This document shows, piece after piece, positions 1 to 8,445 of a DNA stretch of 44,565 nucleotides. The notes under the pieces are model-generated. The model made no database searches. It was not told where the DNA came from and worked only from the letters and a program-made list of their open reading frames with translations. The stretch comes from Myxococcales bacterium (lineage in GTDB: Bacteria; Myxococcota_A; UBA9042; JABWCM01; BTVJ01), in assembly GCA_045863395.1 (NCBI GenBank), contig BTVJ01000059.1, forward strand, positions 1 through 44,565, written 5' to 3'. Every line of letters starts with the position of its first letter. Position 1 is the first letter of the stretch. The translations under genes were made by a program, and so were the position numbers.

Positions 1-331
<331 letters not shown>

Positions 332-404
332 TCACGACCTCCTGCCCAGTTGGGGCGGCCGCTCACTGCGGCGGCGCACCTGCAAATCGGTTGGCGCCCC
401 ATGA

Positions 405-420
405 TGCAAAGCACGGTCCA
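405..420 (-). promoter_or_regulatory. Sigma54 (-24/-12) promoter for the collagen-like lipoprotein gene
   Basis: Minus strand TGGACCGTGCTTTGCA matches TGGCACG-N4-TTGCW with exact GG-N10-GC spacing, ~77 nt upstream of the ATG. Confidence 0.75.
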
Positions 421-497
421 ATTGCGCCAGCATCCGAATACCGCTGGCGATGCGCGGGTTTCCCCCGCCCGGGTCGAGGCCGCCCGCCCCGCGCCGT

Positions 498-614
498 GCC
501 GGGATTTCGGCGGCCTCGGAGCGGCCGCCATCGCGGGCTGTCGCGAATTCAGTCGTGTTTACAGAGATTTGCGGCCGTGCCGAGATCTCGGCGCCGCGAC
601 GCCGGCATCTCGGC
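498..614. promoter_or_regulatory. Three palindromic putative enhancer (UAS) sites GCCG-N6-CGGC
   Basis: GCCGGGATTTCGGC (498-511), perfect palindrome GCCGAGATCTCGGC (579-592), GCCGGCATCTCGGC (601-614); ~80-190 bp upstream of the sigma54 promoter. Confidence 0.6.
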
Positions 615-646
615 GGGCCTGACTCGCCGCCGAAGGGCCGGGAGCC

Positions 647-2026
647 TCAACGCTGTAGCTTGCTCTGAAAGGTGGTGCGGGGGAGGCCCAGGAGCTCGGC
701 GGCGCGGGTCTGCTGCCCACCGGCGCGCTCCATCGCCCACCGGATCAGCTGGTCCTCGAAGCGGTGGACCACGTCGGCGAACGCGACGCTCTCACGCCCG
801 GCGAGACGGAGCGTGAACAGCTCCTCCCCACCCTCGCCGTCGCGCAGAAACTCGGGCAGGTGCGCGGGCAGCACCTCGGGCCCCGGGCACACCAGGCAGC
901 ACGACTCCATGGCGTGGCGCAGCTCGCGCACGTTGCCGGGCCACGGGTAGCTGCGCAGGACCGCGGCCGCCTCCGGCGACAGCGCGAGCCGGCGCCCCGC
1001 CCCCTCGGCGCTGCGCCGCAGGAACGTGGCCGCCAGCAGCAGCAGGTCCTCGCCCCGCTCGCGCAACGGCGGGATGTGCACGGACAGCCCCCGCAGTCGG
1101 TAGAAGAGGTCCGCGCGGAACGCACCCGCCCCCACCCGCTCCGCCAGCTCCACCTTGGTCGTCGCGATCACCCGCACGTCCACGTGGGTCTCCCGGCTGC
1201 CCCCCACCCGGACGAACGTCCCTTCTTGGAGCACGCGGAGCAGCTTCACCTGGATGGTGGGCGGCAGGTCGTCCACGTCGTCGAGCAGCAGCGTCCCCCC
1301 GTGCGCCCGCTCGAAGGCCCCGTGGCGCTGGCCCGTGGCACCTGTGAAGGCGCCCTTCTCGTGGCCGAACAGCTCACTCTCCGCTAGGGTCTCCGGGATG
1401 GCGCCGCAAGGCACCGGCACGAACGGCCGCCGCGCCCGCGCCGACAGCGCGTGCAGAGCCCGGCTCACGAGCTCCTTGCCCGTCCCGGTCTCGCCCGTGA
1501 TCAGCACGGGGGCGCTCCACTCCGTAAAGGTCCGGATCCGCCCCGCGACCTCCACCATCCCGGGCGAGCGTCCGACGATGCCGCCGAACGCCTCGTCGTC
1601 CCCCAGCATGGCCTCCAGCCGCGACACCTCGCGCCGGTACATGCGCAGCTCCGCGAGCTTGCCCAACCGATGTTCCAGGTGCTTGAAATGAAAAGGCTTC
1701 GTCAGGTAGTCGGCCGCCCCGAGCTGCATGGCCTTCACGGCGGTCTCGACGGTGCCGTAGGCCGTCATGAGAAGCACATCCACGTCGGGCATCTCCGCTC
1801 GGACCCGCTCCAGCACCTCGATGCCGTCGAGGCCGGGCATGCGCAGATCGCACAGCACCACGTCGAAGCCCCTGCCGTGCAGCGCCTCGAGCGCCTGGTA
1901 CCCGTTGTCGACCCCGTCCGCGACGAAGCCGGCGTCCTGGAGCTGGCGCGTGGTCGTCACCCGGCTGAGCCGCTCGTCGTCCACCACCAGCACACGCAAG
2001 GGGCGCTCCCCCGCTGCTCCGGTCAT
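647..2026 (-). CDS. Sigma54-dependent response regulator (NtrC/AtoC family; REC-AAA+-Fis HTH)
   Basis: REC (VVDDE...DLRMP...KPF), Walker A GETGTGKE, ESELFGHEKGAFTGA, WPGNVREL, C-terminal HTH (RAAELLGL). Confidence 0.95.
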   Translation of the reverse strand: MTGAAGERPLRVLVVDDERLSRVTTTRQLQDAGFVADGVDNGYQALEALHGRGFDVVLCDLRMPGLDGIEVLERVRAEMPDVDVLLMTAYGTVETAVKAMQLGAADYLTKPFHFKHLEHRLGKLAELRMYRREVSRLEAMLGDDEAFGGIVGRSPGMVEVAGRIRTFTEWSAPVLITGETGTGKELVSRALHALSARARRPFVPVPCGAIPETLAESELFGHEKGAFTGATGQRHGAFERAHGGTLLLDDVDDLPPTIQVKLLRVLQEGTFVRVGGSRETHVDVRVIATTKVELAERVGAGAFRADLFYRLRGLSVHIPPLRERGEDLLLLAATFLRRSAEGAGRRLALSPEAAAVLRSYPWPGNVRELRHAMESCCLVCPGPEVLPAHLPEFLRDGEGGEELFTLRLAGRESVAFADVVHRFEDQLIRWAMERAGGQQTRAAELLGLPRTTFQSKLQR

Positions 2027-3417
2027 GTCCTGTCCTCCCTCTGGAGCTCGATGGTCACGCGCGTCCCCTCGCCCGGGCGGCTCCAGATCGTGATCGTGCC
2101 CCCGTGATCCTCGACGGCCCGTCGTGCAATCGCCAGACCAAGCCCGGTGCCCTCGCCGATGGGCTTCGTCGTGAAGAAAGGATCGAACACCTGCGCCAGG
2201 GAGGCCTCGTCGATGCCGGGGCCAGCGTCCTCGACCTCGATGGCCACGTGCGGGCCCGCGGGCAGGACGCGCACCTCCACGGAGCTGCCGGGAGCGGAGA
2301 CGTAGACCGCGTTGTCGACGACGTTCGCGAGGGCCTCGGAGAGCAGCGCCGCGTCCACGGACGCCACGGCCTCGCAGCGTACGTCCACGTGGACATGCAC
2401 GCCAAGCTCCCGAGAGCGCAGCTTCACGAAGCGCAGCGCGTCCTCCACGAGCGCGCTCACGTCGGTCGGTTCGCGGGCCGGCGCGTCGCTGCGTGTCAGC
2501 GTCAGCAGGCGGCTCGTCATGGTGGCGATGCGGTCGATTCCCTCCTCCATCACGTCGAGGAGCTCAACGGTGTCGTGATCGCCAGGGACGCTCCGGCGCA
2601 GGATGTCCACGCCGTTCATGAGCCCGTGGAGCGGGTTGCGAACCGTGTGCGCGACGCCCGCGGCGAGGGCGCCGACTCGTGCCAGGCGCTCACGGCCCAC
2701 CGCGACCACCTCTTGGCGGCGGCGCCGCTCCTCGGCATCCCGGTAACGCTCGGCGACCTGGCGGAAGAACCACGTGACGCCGAGCTGCGTCAGCACAAAG
2801 GCGCACATGTAGGCGACAGAGAACAGGGGCGAGGCCCAGAGGCTCCCCCCGGCGAGCTCCTCGATCTCGTGGTGGGTGCCGATGGCGAGGGGCATGTGCG
2901 GCAGAAGCCCCCAAAGCTCGCCGAGCACCCCGACACCGTGGAACAGGCAGGACGCTCCGCTCGCGACCAGCGCAAGGCGCAGCGGCAGGAGCATCCCAGC
3001 CTCGGCCGCCAGGAACACGTAGAGCATGGAGAACGGGTTCTCCGGACCGCCCGAGAGCTGGAGCACAAGCGTCAGGGCGGCGAGGTCCACGAGGATCTGG
3101 CCGAAGATGAGCCGCTCGTAGAACCGAAGCCGCCGGCCGGGCTCGGGTGCTGACCACCCGGCGTCGACGCGCAGTGCCCGCACAACGATCACGTTGCCCG
3201 CGACCAGGAACAGCGGCCCGAAGAGCAGCAGGACCGGGGCGGCCAGCACGTCGAGCGCGGCGCTGACCCCGGCCGCGACCACCACGGCCAGCGCCGCGAC
3301 CCAGCGCAGGCGGACGAGCCACACGATTCGGCCGCGGAGGTACTCTTCGAGGAGCGAGGGCGCCGACGCCTGCGCCAGCGTCCGACCCTCCTCGCCGTCA
3401 TACCAGCCACCAGGCAT
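2023..3417 (-). CDS. Membrane sensor histidine kinase with RegB/PrrB-type transmembrane input (start uncertain)
   Basis: WLVRLRW and GGPENPF in TM region; H-box AHTVRNPL; N, G1 (DAGPG), F (FDPFFTTK) and G2 (GTGLGL) boxes; ATGA overlap with the regulator. Confidence 0.9.
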   Translation of the reverse strand: MPGGWYDGEEGRTLAQASAPSLLEEYLRGRIVWLVRLRWVAALAVVVAAGVSAALDVLAAPVLLLFGPLFLVAGNVIVVRALRVDAGWSAPEPGRRLRFYERLIFGQILVDLAALTLVLQLSGGPENPFSMLYVFLAAEAGMLLPLRLALVASGASCLFHGVGVLGELWGLLPHMPLAIGTHHEIEELAGGSLWASPLFSVAYMCAFVLTQLGVTWFFRQVAERYRDAEERRRRQEVVAVGRERLARVGALAAGVAHTVRNPLHGLMNGVDILRRSVPGDHDTVELLDVMEEGIDRIATMTSRLLTLTRSDAPAREPTDVSALVEDALRFVKLRSRELGVHVHVDVRCEAVASVDAALLSEALANVVDNAVYVSAPGSSVEVRVLPAGPHVAIEVEDAGPGIDEASLAQVFDPFFTTKPIGEGTGLGLAIARRAVEDHGGTITIWSRPGEGTRVTIELQREDRT

Positions 3418-3687
3418 CAGCCCTCCTATGCGAATCATGCACGCGCCCACTCGTGCGGCGCCCCAGGTCGCTTGCTACGCTCGATCACCTTCCCGTTCCA
3501 GACCCTCCCGCCGGCGTGACGTCTCTGCGGTGCGCAAGCGGGTGGCCCTGAGCGTCGCACTGCACGACCCCTCAGAGGCAGGCGGCGTCGATGAGGAGCT
3601 GCAAGGCAGACCATGGGCGCATCTTGCGAGCGCTGCGGTCGCCGGGTCAAGCCGGCCCTGTTCGCGCACCTGGCAGAGGCAGGTTGA

Positions 3688-3754
3688 GGGGTCAAGCCTA
3701 CTCAATTCTCATGTCGTGACGGGTCAGGATGTGAGAATTGAGTAGGCTCGCCCC
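3688..3754. repeat. AT-rich REP-doublet-like hairpin
   Basis: Perfect 17-bp inverted repeat AGCCTACTCAATTCTCA (3695-3711) / TGAGAATTGAGTAGGCT (3732-3748), extending inward, with GGGGTCA at the 5' end. Confidence 0.75.
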
Positions 3755-3809
3755 CCCAAAAAGACTTCAGGGTCGCGGGTCCAGCGGGTCTTGGCGGCTG
3801 GACGCCCCG

Positions 3810-3998
3810 TCAGTCCATCCGTCTTCCGTGCGTCGCTGCTTCCTCGCACTCCCGAGTGGCGGCCCGAGCCCGCGCCGCAAACTCCTTTGCCTGCTCCAGC
3901 CAACGGAGGCGCTCCAGCGGCGTGAGGCGGAGCCACGCACGCACCTGCTCCCGCTCGTGGTCCTCCCACCCCTGTTCGGGGCACTGTGCGTCAGGCAT
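3810..3998 (-). CDS. Small helical protein coupled to the nucleotidyltransferase (putative antitoxin/partner)
   Basis: 62 aa, LTPLERLRWLE motif; ATG overlaps the upstream stop by 8 nt. Confidence 0.6.
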   Translation of the reverse strand: MPDAQCPEQGWEDHEREQVRAWLRLTPLERLRWLEQAKEFAARARAATRECEEAATHGRRMD

Positions 3999-4490
3999 CG
4001 CTCCCCCAGCGTCGGATCTGGTCCAGCGCGGCGATGTCGGCCAGGCCCTTTGGTCTGCCGGCGCGGCGCTTCATGGTGATGAGGTCGTCCACGCTCGCCA
4101 CGGACACGGCCACTTCGTCCAGCGTGATGTGGAGGGCGCGGGCGTACGCCTCGTCGAAGTCGAAGGGCTCGGTGACGAACCGGTCGACTTCGGTGCCCGG
4201 AAACGATGGGCTCCACAACGAGAACACCGTGAGGCCCGTGTCACGGACCCACTCCTCCCTCGTCGCGGCGTTTGCGAAGGACTGGGCCGGCACGGGCGCC
4301 CGGGGGCTAAAGCCGAGCCCTTCGAGCGCCGTCAAGGCGGCGAGAATGTTGGCCTCGTCGAGAGCGACGACCAGGTCCAGGTCCGCGGTGAACCGAGGGT
4401 GGCCGTGGAGGACCACCGCGACCCCCCCACCACGAGGTAGCGGACTCCCACGAGCGCCTGGAAGATGACCTCGAACGACGTCTGGCTCAT
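3991..4490 (-). pseudogene. Nucleotidyltransferase (DUF6036/AbiEii-like), frameshifted in a G7 tract
   Basis: MSQTSFEVIFQALVGVRYLVVGG in one frame joins VAVVLHGHPRFTADLDL in another; one extra G at 4422-4428 restores GGVAVxLHGxPRxTxDLD. Confidence 0.8.
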
Positions 4491-4605
4491 GGCCGCACTA
4501 TTCCACGCGCCCCCCCGACGGCGCGAGAGTTGGTAGGGGTCATCGCCGAGGATCCGATGACGCGGGCGTCTCACCGGTGCGCCGTGGCACCCCAGCCCCG
4601 CCCAC

Positions 4606-6516
4606 TCACGGCGACACCAGCGCCCCGAGGTCCTCGGCTTCGAGCCGGGCGGCCATCCGCCGCCGCTCTTCGGGCGGAGCGGCCGTCATGTGCGCGACGA
4701 GGCGAGCGAGCCTCTGTACGGCGGGCGATGATTCGTTGAGCTCGATGGCGTTGGTCGTCTCAGCTCCGGCCGCTTCGAGCTCCAATTGCCGTAGATAGAC
4801 GGTAGCCGCGCGGAAGTGGGTCCAGAGGAGGACGGTCCGAGTCTCATCCGTGCGCGCGCTGTCTGCGAGCGCCTCCTCGATGGCGCGCCAGCGTCGAGTC
4901 CGCTCCTTCGCCGGTGCCGTCGAGGCGCCTACCACGATGACCCGAAAGAGCAGGCCGAGGCCGCGCAGGCGGGCGGTGGGGAGCGGCATGGCGAGGTCGG
5001 GTTCCAGCAGCACCGGGTCGACCTCCGCGGCGGCCAGCACCTCGCCCGCGGGAAACGTGCGGTCGCGGAGCCAGGCGTCGAAGATCGCCGTCCACCGCGG
5101 GTGGTGCCTCCGCAGCGCCTCCGTGTACGGGACCCCGTCGTGCATCTTGGCGTCGAAGCTCTGCTGGACCACGGTGACGTCCGGGCGCCGGCCGTCCACC
5201 TGCTGCGCGTACCAGTGCTGGAAGAGGGTGGAGAAGAACGATGCCATGAGGAGGGAGCCCGGTGGCGCCTCGGCGAAGGTGGCGTCCTCCAGGATCTCGG
5301 GGGCATGGAAGCTCCGCTGGTCGGAGCGCGGCCCCAGCTCGGTGAGCTGGCGCGTCACTCCCGCCGCGCCGGCCACGACCAGCGAGAGGCCGAGCATCAG
5401 CGCGAGGCGGGGCCGCCCGGTCTGCGCGACGCCGTCGGCCACCCGCGACGCGAGCACCGCGGCGAGGAGCACGACCAGCGCGTGGGAGAGCTGCAGGTAG
5501 CCGTGGGCGTCCGGGTTGCGGGCGTCGAAGCGCATGAGCGCCGTCGAGAGCAGGTTCCCGAGCAGCAGCAGGCCGAAGAACCCGCCCCACCGCGGCGCCC
5601 ACCGGAGCGCGACGGCCCCGAGCCCGCCGATGCCGAGCACGACGACCATGGGGTGGAGCTGGCTCATCAGCAGGAGCAGCTCCGCGCCCAGGTTGGCGAC
5701 GACGTCGTTGTCGCCGGTCTCCGTGACCGAGGCCTGGAAGGTGCGGGCGGTGATCACATCCCAGAAGCGGCTCAAGGTCGTTGGTTCCCCCCAGCAGATC
5801 GCCGGGTCCTGGGCGGCCCGCACGGGCAGATAGGCGTAGGTGAGGAGGCCGGCAAGCCCTGGAAGCACCAGCACCAGCACCCGGGGCGACGTGACCAGCG
5901 CGCGCCCCTTGACCGTGGACCCGAGCAGGAGCAGGAAGGCGGGCAGCGTCAGGAAGACCAGGTAGTGATGGTTGGCGAGGGACAGGCCGAGGACGAGCGC
6001 CGCGAGGCCGAGGGGCGCGGGTCCGCGCCAGGTCTCCGTGTCGCCCGTCTCGTCGGCGAGCCCGCACCTGACGACCAGCCAGATGGCGAGCATCACGGCG
6101 GCCACGTGCGGCGTGTAGACCTCGGCGCGCACCGACTGGAGCCAGAACGCCGAGCTCCCCGCGAGCAGCAGGCCGCCCGCCATGCAGAGCGCCGGGGCGA
6201 GGCGGGCGCCTGGGTGGCGCGCGCGGACGAGGCGCAGCGCCGTCGCCGTCGTGAGCGCGCAGGCGGCGGCGCCGCAGAGGCCGGAGAGCACGTTCACGCG
6301 AAAGGCGACGGAGCCAACGGGCACCAGCGTCGCGGCCTTGGCGAGCATCGCCCAGAGCGGGTGGCCGGGCGGGTGTGGGATGCCGAGCCCGAAGGCCGCG
6401 GCTGCCAGCTCGGAGCTGTCGAGCCACCAGGCACCCGGGGCAGCCGATATCAGATAGAGCGCGAAGGTGGCCGCGGCGGTCGTCCAGACGGCCAGCGCGT
6501 CGGCGCGCTCCGTCAT
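4606..6516 (-). CDS. DUF2723 / TMEM260-like polytopic GT-C glycosyltransferase
   Basis: Probable start MTERADALA at 6516 (ATGA overlap); DSSEL...GIPHPPGHPLW, RAEVY, LANHH and YAYLPVRA motifs; many TM helices. Confidence 0.85.
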   Translation of the reverse strand: MTERADALAVWTTAAATFALYLISAAPGAWWLDSSELAAAAFGLGIPHPPGHPLWAMLAKAATLVPVGSVAFRVNVLSGLCGAAACALTTATALRLVRARHPGARLAPALCMAGGLLLAGSSAFWLQSVRAEVYTPHVAAVMLAIWLVVRCGLADETGDTETWRGPAPLGLAALVLGLSLANHHYLVFLTLPAFLLLLGSTVKGRALVTSPRVLVLVLPGLAGLLTYAYLPVRAAQDPAICWGEPTTLSRFWDVITARTFQASVTETGDNDVVANLGAELLLLMSQLHPMVVVLGIGGLGAVALRWAPRWGGFFGLLLLGNLLSTALMRFDARNPDAHGYLQLSHALVVLLAAVLASRVADGVAQTGRPRLALMLGLSLVVAGAAGVTRQLTELGPRSDQRSFHAPEILEDATFAEAPPGSLLMASFFSTLFQHWYAQQVDGRRPDVTVVQQSFDAKMHDGVPYTEALRRHHPRWTAIFDAWLRDRTFPAGEVLAAAEVDPVLLEPDLAMPLPTARLRGLGLLFRVIVVGASTAPAKERTRRWRAIEEALADSARTDETRTVLLWTHFRAATVYLRQLELEAAGAETTNAIELNESSPAVQRLARLVAHMTAAPPEERRRMAARLEAEDLGALVSP

Positions 6517-7010
6517 GCCAGGCGCCGCTCCTCGTAGATGCCGCACTGGCCACTCGACTCCTCGACGCTGACGCGGATCCGGTCGAGCTTGTCGGCGGGC
6601 ACGGTGCGCTCGAGCTCCTCCCGGATGCGCCCGCACACCCACTCGGCGAGACGCTCGGTGGACGTGTTGCGCAGCGGCAGCACGATGACGTCTCTCCTGG
6701 GAAACGAGAAGTGGTCGTCGCCTTGGACCGCGATGAGCTGCCCCCCGTCCTCCCGCAGCTCGAGGAACGGGTTGTCCCGCGGCAGGATCATCCGGTGGTC
6801 GATGCTGTCGCACACCTTCTTGACGAGCGGCTTCAGGTACATGAAGTCGAGCACCATGTCGTCGTCGCCGAGCGGGCCGTCCACCTCCACCCACACGCGG
6901 TAGTTGTGGCCGTGCAGCTCCTCTCGGGTCCCGTCGGCGAAGATCAGGAAGTGCGCGGAGCAGAAGTTGAACGCCTCCTTGTACACACGGACGCTCCACG
7001 ACTTCTTCAT
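6513..7010 (-). CDS. 6-pyruvoyl-tetrahydropterin synthase paralog, PTPS-III type (ExxHGH)
   Basis: MKKSWSV...FCSAH...REELHGHNY...DF..LK....STERLA...VEES; Glu rather than Cys before HGH. Confidence 0.8.
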   Translation of the reverse strand: MKKSWSVRVYKEAFNFCSAHFLIFADGTREELHGHNYRVWVEVDGPLGDDDMVLDFMYLKPLVKKVCDSIDHRMILPRDNPFLELREDGGQLIAVQGDDHFSFPRRDVIVLPLRNTSTERLAEWVCGRIREELERTVPADKLDRIRVSVEESSGQCGIYEERRLA

Positions 7011-7378
7011 GCGCGCTCTCCTCTGTAGGTGCAGTGGGCGTTGCAGGTCTCGTGAACGGTGATCGCCGCCAGGAGGCCCGGCAGGAGCGGCTCGATGCGC
7101 TCCCACAACCAGCCGGCGAGCACCTCGCTGGTCGGGTTCTCCAGTCCATCGATTTCATTCAGGTATTGGTGATCCAGCCGGTCGATCAGAGGCTGGACGA
7201 CCCGCTTCAGGTCCCCGAAGTCCATGAGCCACCCGGTCGCCGGGTCCATAGGGCCTCGCACCACGACGTCCACCTTGAAGCTGTGGCCGTGGAGTCGGGC
7301 GCACTTGTGGTCAGGCGGCACCCCGGTCAGGCGGTGCGCTGCCTCGAAGCGGAAGGTCCTGGAGAGCTCGACGATCAT
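7007..7378 (-). CDS. queD: 6-carboxy-5,6,7,8-tetrahydropterin synthase
   Basis: FEAAHRL...HKCARLHGHSF (CxxxHGH), LDHQYLNEIDGLENPTSE; GGAGGAG RBS. Confidence 0.92.
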   Translation of the reverse strand: MIVELSRTFRFEAAHRLTGVPPDHKCARLHGHSFKVDVVVRGPMDPATGWLMDFGDLKRVVQPLIDRLDHQYLNEIDGLENPTSEVLAGWLWERIEPLLPGLLAAITVHETCNAHCTYRGERA

Positions 7379-7465
7379 ACGGGATGCTCCTCCACCCATG
7401 GGGGAGCCGATCTTCTACCACAGGTGGGGAGGCTAGTCAGGCGGGGGGGACGGACAGAGCGCGGG

Positions 7466-8239
7466 TCACTTGCACTGCAGGTCGGGCACCTTGCTGGAGC
7501 CGCAGCCCACCAGCTCCATGATCTTCGTCGTGATCTCGCCGCGTGCGACGGGGATGGTCGCCTTGGCCTTGTGGGTCTTCGTTCCGGACGCGTCGAGCCC
7601 GAAGAGCTGCACCACGAAGTCCTGGGCGTTCAGGTCACCGATGAGGACGCCGTTCGGGACGTAGGAGGGGTCGGGGTTCTTGCCGATGGTGCGCTGGGCG
7701 GCGGGGAGTCCGAAGGGGTCGCAGTCGAGCGGCGCCTTGAGCTCGGCCTCGTAGAGCTGGTTCAAGCCAGCGTCGAAGATCGCGAGCTGCACCTTGGTGA
7801 CCTTGTTGGTGCTGCACAGGCCGGTCTCGAACTCCCAGCCCAGGTCGATGGCGCCCTTCTTCTGGCTGAGCAGGATGGGCTGCGGGACCTTGGTGGTCGA
7901 GCCGTTGGAGACCGAGACGCCGGCCAGGTCACCGACGTAGAGCTCCACGCCCTTGTCGTTGACCCCGGCGACCCGCACGTCATAGACGCCCGCCGCGACC
8001 GGGGCAAAGGTGGCTGTCATCTGCTCGCAGCTCACCCGGAGGCTGTCGTACTCCTCCAGGGTGGTCGAGAACATGAGGCGCACGACGACGTCCTCGATGC
8101 CGGCGGCCGAGCAGCTCGTGGCGATGGACCAGTCGACGATGAGGGTGCCGGGGTCGGCGGAGTCTCCGCAGCTGGTGGACAGGGGCGTCGCGGCGAGCAG
8201 GGCGAGGATCAGGGTCGACTTGAGGCGAAGTGCACGCAT
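7466..8239 (-). CDS. Hypothetical Cys-containing lipoprotein
   Basis: AGGAGG RBS, signal peptide ending STSC, high GC3 codon usage. Confidence 0.75.
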   Translation of the reverse strand: MRALRLKSTLILALLAATPLSTSCGDSADPGTLIVDWSIATSCSAAGIEDVVVRLMFSTTLEEYDSLRVSCEQMTATFAPVAAGVYDVRVAGVNDKGVELYVGDLAGVSVSNGSTTKVPQPILLSQKKGAIDLGWEFETGLCSTNKVTKVQLAIFDAGLNQLYEAELKAPLDCDPFGLPAAQRTIGKNPDPSYVPNGVLIGDLNAQDFVVQLFGLDASGTKTHKAKATIPVARGEITTKIMELVGCGSSKVPDLQCK

Positions 8240-8375
8240 GGGGTTCCTCCTGCGCTGCAACGGGGTTTCTCGTGTGTGGGGTCCTCCGGCGGAGCCGGGC
8301 GGCCGCGGCGCACCGACGGCACTCCCCCGGGCCTATTCACGATGCCCGGGCCCGGTGATCGCGGCGGGCAAAAAA

Positions 8376-8430
8376 TTGACCACCCGCCGGACCCGGCCTA
8401 CGATTCTAGCGCCTGAGCCCGAACCGTCAA
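8376..8430. promoter_or_regulatory. Overlapping divergent sigma70-type promoters
   Basis: Plus: TTGACC-N17-TACGAT (8376-8404); minus: TTGACG-N16-TAGAAT (8430-8403). Confidence 0.55.
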
Positions 8431-8445
8431 GAAATCTGGGTTGTT

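Noticed and set aside
4606..7158. 850-aa ORF as a single fusion protein
   Set aside because: The N-terminal ~214 aa are an off-frame read over the two PTPS genes; the real start is most likely 6516
6513..7378. 7-deazaguanine DNA modification (dpd) island
   Set aside because: No dpdA/tgt, folE, queE or queC in the window
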